From a virus: a stretch of 64,000 bases of DNA. The DNA is taken from positions 6,988 to 70,987 of IMG/VR virus record IMGVR_UViG_3300042343_000261; one strand, written 5' to 3'. A program made the position numbers and the translations under genes. Shown in pieces: positions 61,820 through 64,000 of this stretch (within the stretch, counting starts at the first letter, position 1; each line of letters opens with the position of its first letter). The notes under the pieces are model-generated. The model did no database searches, had not been told where the DNA came from, and saw only the letters and a list, made by a program, of their open reading frames with translations.

Positions 61820-63490
61820 CTAAGTATTATATGTTAATAATAAATAATCACACACTGTATATTGGATACTATAATTAAGTTGTGTAACATAATCGATTAA
61901 TTCATTTCTCTGTGTTTTATAAAATTGAGCATCCCAACACTCGATTAATATAATTGGTTGTGATTCTTTAATTAAGTTAACTGCGCCTTTTAAAACCTTA
62001 ATATCTGTACCACCTACACTAATTTTTATAAGATTAGGTCTTGGTAAATCGAGATCATCTAATGCAAACTGATCAATAGTATATGTAGTATCATAATACA
62101 CATTACCTTGAGAGTTTGCTAATCTAATATTAGTATCTAAAGTATATGCACCGTAATTTGAACTATTAACGTAATCAAGATCATTAACTTGTATTATTTG
62201 TGATTCTGCGCCAACTGCTACATTAATTGGTAAAATATTAAATGCTTGATTAAGTGCAATATTAGCACATAACTGATAGAATACTAATCGTTGGACTTCG
62301 AAACTAAAAATTTCACTAGTAGGTAATATTTTTGCCAACGGTAAACTGAATGTTCCAAAGTTACAGCCTATATCATATATAACAGGTGAGTCTATATTAG
62401 CTAATAACGAAACTACTTTAGAATATCGAGATTCTCCAAATACACCATACTCTCTTATTTCATTAGAAATTATATCACTAGATTCAGTAAGTAAAAATGT
62501 AAGACCGTGTTCGGTAGAGTGTAACCAAAATGAAGGGTATGATTGATTTTGATAACATTGGTTTAATGATATGTGTCCTAAAAAATCACATAATGATTGC
62601 TCGTCGATATGATTATTTTTATAATCAACACCGCTATATTCATAAAATCGTTGTAAATCATCATTTGATATAGAATTAATATATTCATTAAAAAAATTTA
62701 TAGAGTCTGTTTCTAATTTTAACAGATCGTCATCTGATATAACCGGCTCAACATGCAATTTAGTGAGATATGTATTATTATTGTATGTGAGATGATAATT
62801 ATGAATAGACGTGTGATGCACTAACTTATAATCATTAAAAAATGCAGATAATGTAAGATATTGTTCTTCTCCTGTAAAAAATAAATGCGGGCAAATACCT
62901 ACAGTTGATATAAACTCAGAGTGTGTAAAAAAATTACCTCCGTATAAATGAATTGCTGGAATAATACGATCTGTGCAATTATAATAGTACGAATGAACTG
63001 ACAAATGTTTGTTAGTTTCTGATAATATTGGTTTTCGAGTATACTTAGCAATTAACACCTCTGTAGGTGAAAAAGTAGTATCTTTTGTTGCGACACCGTC
63101 GATCATCGAAAAAGAATGACATGCACTTGACATTGCAATCTTTGAAGTCAAATATTCTGCTTTATATGCAAGGTAATCATCAATTAAATATAAGTCCCAA
63201 TTTTTATCAAAAATAGCATGAGAGTCAATTTGATAATAAAAATCTTCATTAGTTAAATTTAATGAATTTTGATGCCTTGCCCAACCTACACCTTTTGAAA
63301 ATTTAGGATCAATTTGATTATATATAATACAAGGATGAGATATAGAAAACGTATCATATGATTGATCAAGAATTGAAATAGTAATTTCGTTGTAATTTGA
63401 TAAATTATCAATTAATGAGTGTACAGTTTGTTCTAATACTGCATCTCTATAAGATACAATACTAACAAATATTTTATATTGTTTAGTCAT
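61820..63490 (-). CDS. GT60/Gnt1-like GlcNAc transferase fused to an FkbM-family methyltransferase
   Basis: GT60-like: IFVSIVSYRD...SKGVGWAR...YYQIDSH..F.KNWD...FFTGEE. FkbM-like: YDIGCNFG, FSFEVQ, LIKI.V.G....VL.GA. Confidence 0.78.
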   Translation of the reverse strand: MTKQYKIFVSIVSYRDAVLEQTVHSLIDNLSNYNEITISILDQSYDTFSISHPCIIYNQIDPKFSKGVGWARHQNSLNLTNEDFYYQIDSHAIFDKNWDLYLIDDYLAYKAEYLTSKIAMSSACHSFSMIDGVATKDTTFSPTEVLIAKYTRKPILSETNKHLSVHSYYYNCTDRIIPAIHLYGGNFFTHSEFISTVGICPHLFFTGEEQYLTLSAFFNDYKLVHHTSIHNYHLTYNNNTYLTKLHVEPVISDDDLLKLETDSINFFNEYINSISNDDLQRFYEYSGVDYKNNHIDEQSLCDFLGHISLNQCYQNQSYPSFWLHSTEHGLTFLLTESSDIISNEIREYGVFGESRYSKVVSLLANIDSPVIYDIGCNFGTFSLPLAKILPTSEIFSFEVQRLVFYQLCANIALNQAFNILPINVAVGAESQIIQVNDLDYVNSSNYGAYTLDTNIRLANSQGNVYYDTTYTIDQFALDDLDLPRPNLIKISVGGTDIKVLKGAVNLIKESQPIILIECWDAQFYKTQRNELIDYVTQLNYSIQYTVCDYLLLTYNT

Positions 63491-63498
63491 AAATGCCT

Positions 63499-64000
63499 TT
63501 AACGAGTAAATTTAATTGTAACATACCCACCAGTAGGTACTGTTATTGAAATTGGAGTTGTACTATATGCTGGAACCGATGTTGCAAGTGTATCCGGTGT
63601 ATCTAGAGCAACTCCATACGTTCCGCCTGGTAGTGTAACACCAAACAGTGATGTACTAGCTCCGGTGTATGAGGCAGGATAATTAGTTGCTGAATTTGTA
63701 TATGCTGCATTGTATTGTTGTGTGTTGCCCAAATATGCTGCATTGTATTGTTGGTTGGTACCAGAATATGCTGCATTGTATTGTTGGTTGGTACCAGAAT
63801 ATGCTGCATTGTATTGTTGGTTGGTACCAGAATATTCTGCATTGTATTGTCGGTTGTTACCAGAATATGCTGCATTGTATTGTTGGTTGGTACCAGAATA
63901 TGCTGCATTGTATTGTTGGTTGGTACCAGAATATGCTGCATTGTATTGTTGGTTGGTACCAGAATATTCTGCATTGTATTGTCGGTTGTTACCAGAATAT
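63499..64000 (-). CDS. 3' end of a repeat-containing probable virion protein (start outside the window)
   Basis: The frame of 63499-63732 stays open through the repeat to the window edge: (YSGTNQQYNAA)n...ITVPTGGYVTIKFTR. Confidence 0.7.
   Translation of the reverse strand, partial: YSGNNRQYNAEYSGTNQQYNAAYSGTNQQYNAAYSGTNQQYNAAYSGNNRQYNAEYSGTNQQYNAAYSGTNQQYNAAYSGTNQQYNAAYLGNTQQYNAAYTNSATNYPASYTGASTSLFGVTLPGGTYGVALDTPDTLATSVPAYSTTPISITVPTGGYVTIKFTR
63700..64000. repeat. 33-bp tandem repeat, ~9 copies in window
   Basis: Unit ATATGCTGCATTGTATTGTTGGTTGGTACCAGA with a recurring variant encoding YSGNNRQYNAE. Confidence 0.95.

Noticed and set aside
63603-63974. 123-aa ORF (MQHILVPTNNT repeats)
   Set aside because: Alternative frame of the 33-bp repeat. 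The frame continuous with 63499-63732 gives a more plausible protein ending just before the next gene.
63700-64000. CRISPR array
   Set aside because: The 33-bp units are directly adjacent with no unique spacers and preserve a reading frame.
1-64000. Stop-codon reassignment as seen in some jumbo phages
   Set aside because: Genes are full length and tightly packed under the standard code; the terL break is explained by the split intein.
1-64000. tRNA or rRNA genes
   Set aside because: Intergenic gaps are short and none showed a recognisable cloverleaf or rRNA sequence by eye.

Overview
AT-rich (roughly one-third GC by eye) segment of a large T4-related/jumbo myophage genome, translated in the standard code and mostly on the minus strand. 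1-18.6 kb is core morphogenesis: putative head proteins, terminase, gp4-like head-completion nuclease, tail tube and sheath, dNMP kinase, gp13/gp14/gp15-like neck and tail-completion genes, and two free-standing homing endonucleases. The terminase large subunit is split into two ORFs carrying the halves of an atypically split intein (31-aa IntN, about 116-aa IntC), with a GIY-YIG endonuclease gene between them. 18.8-58.7 kb is a ~40 kb block bounded by a 297-bp direct repeat, the 3' two-thirds of a Nudix gene, whose two copies differ almost only at synonymous sites. The block holds large tail-fibre/lectin genes, four RCC1-repeat genes built from shuffled 150-bp units, and a sigma70-type-promoter operon for sulfation, glycosylation and methylation (sulfotransferase, APS kinase, glycosyltransferases, methyltransferases). 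A second, different module follows the distal repeat: 2OG-Fe(II) oxygenase, GT60-like/FkbM fusion and an 11-aa repeat protein. Best candidate for an undescribed system: exchangeable fibre-plus-modifying-enzyme cassettes delimited by Nudix 3'-end repeats. All family assignments are from motif recognition only; no searches were run.
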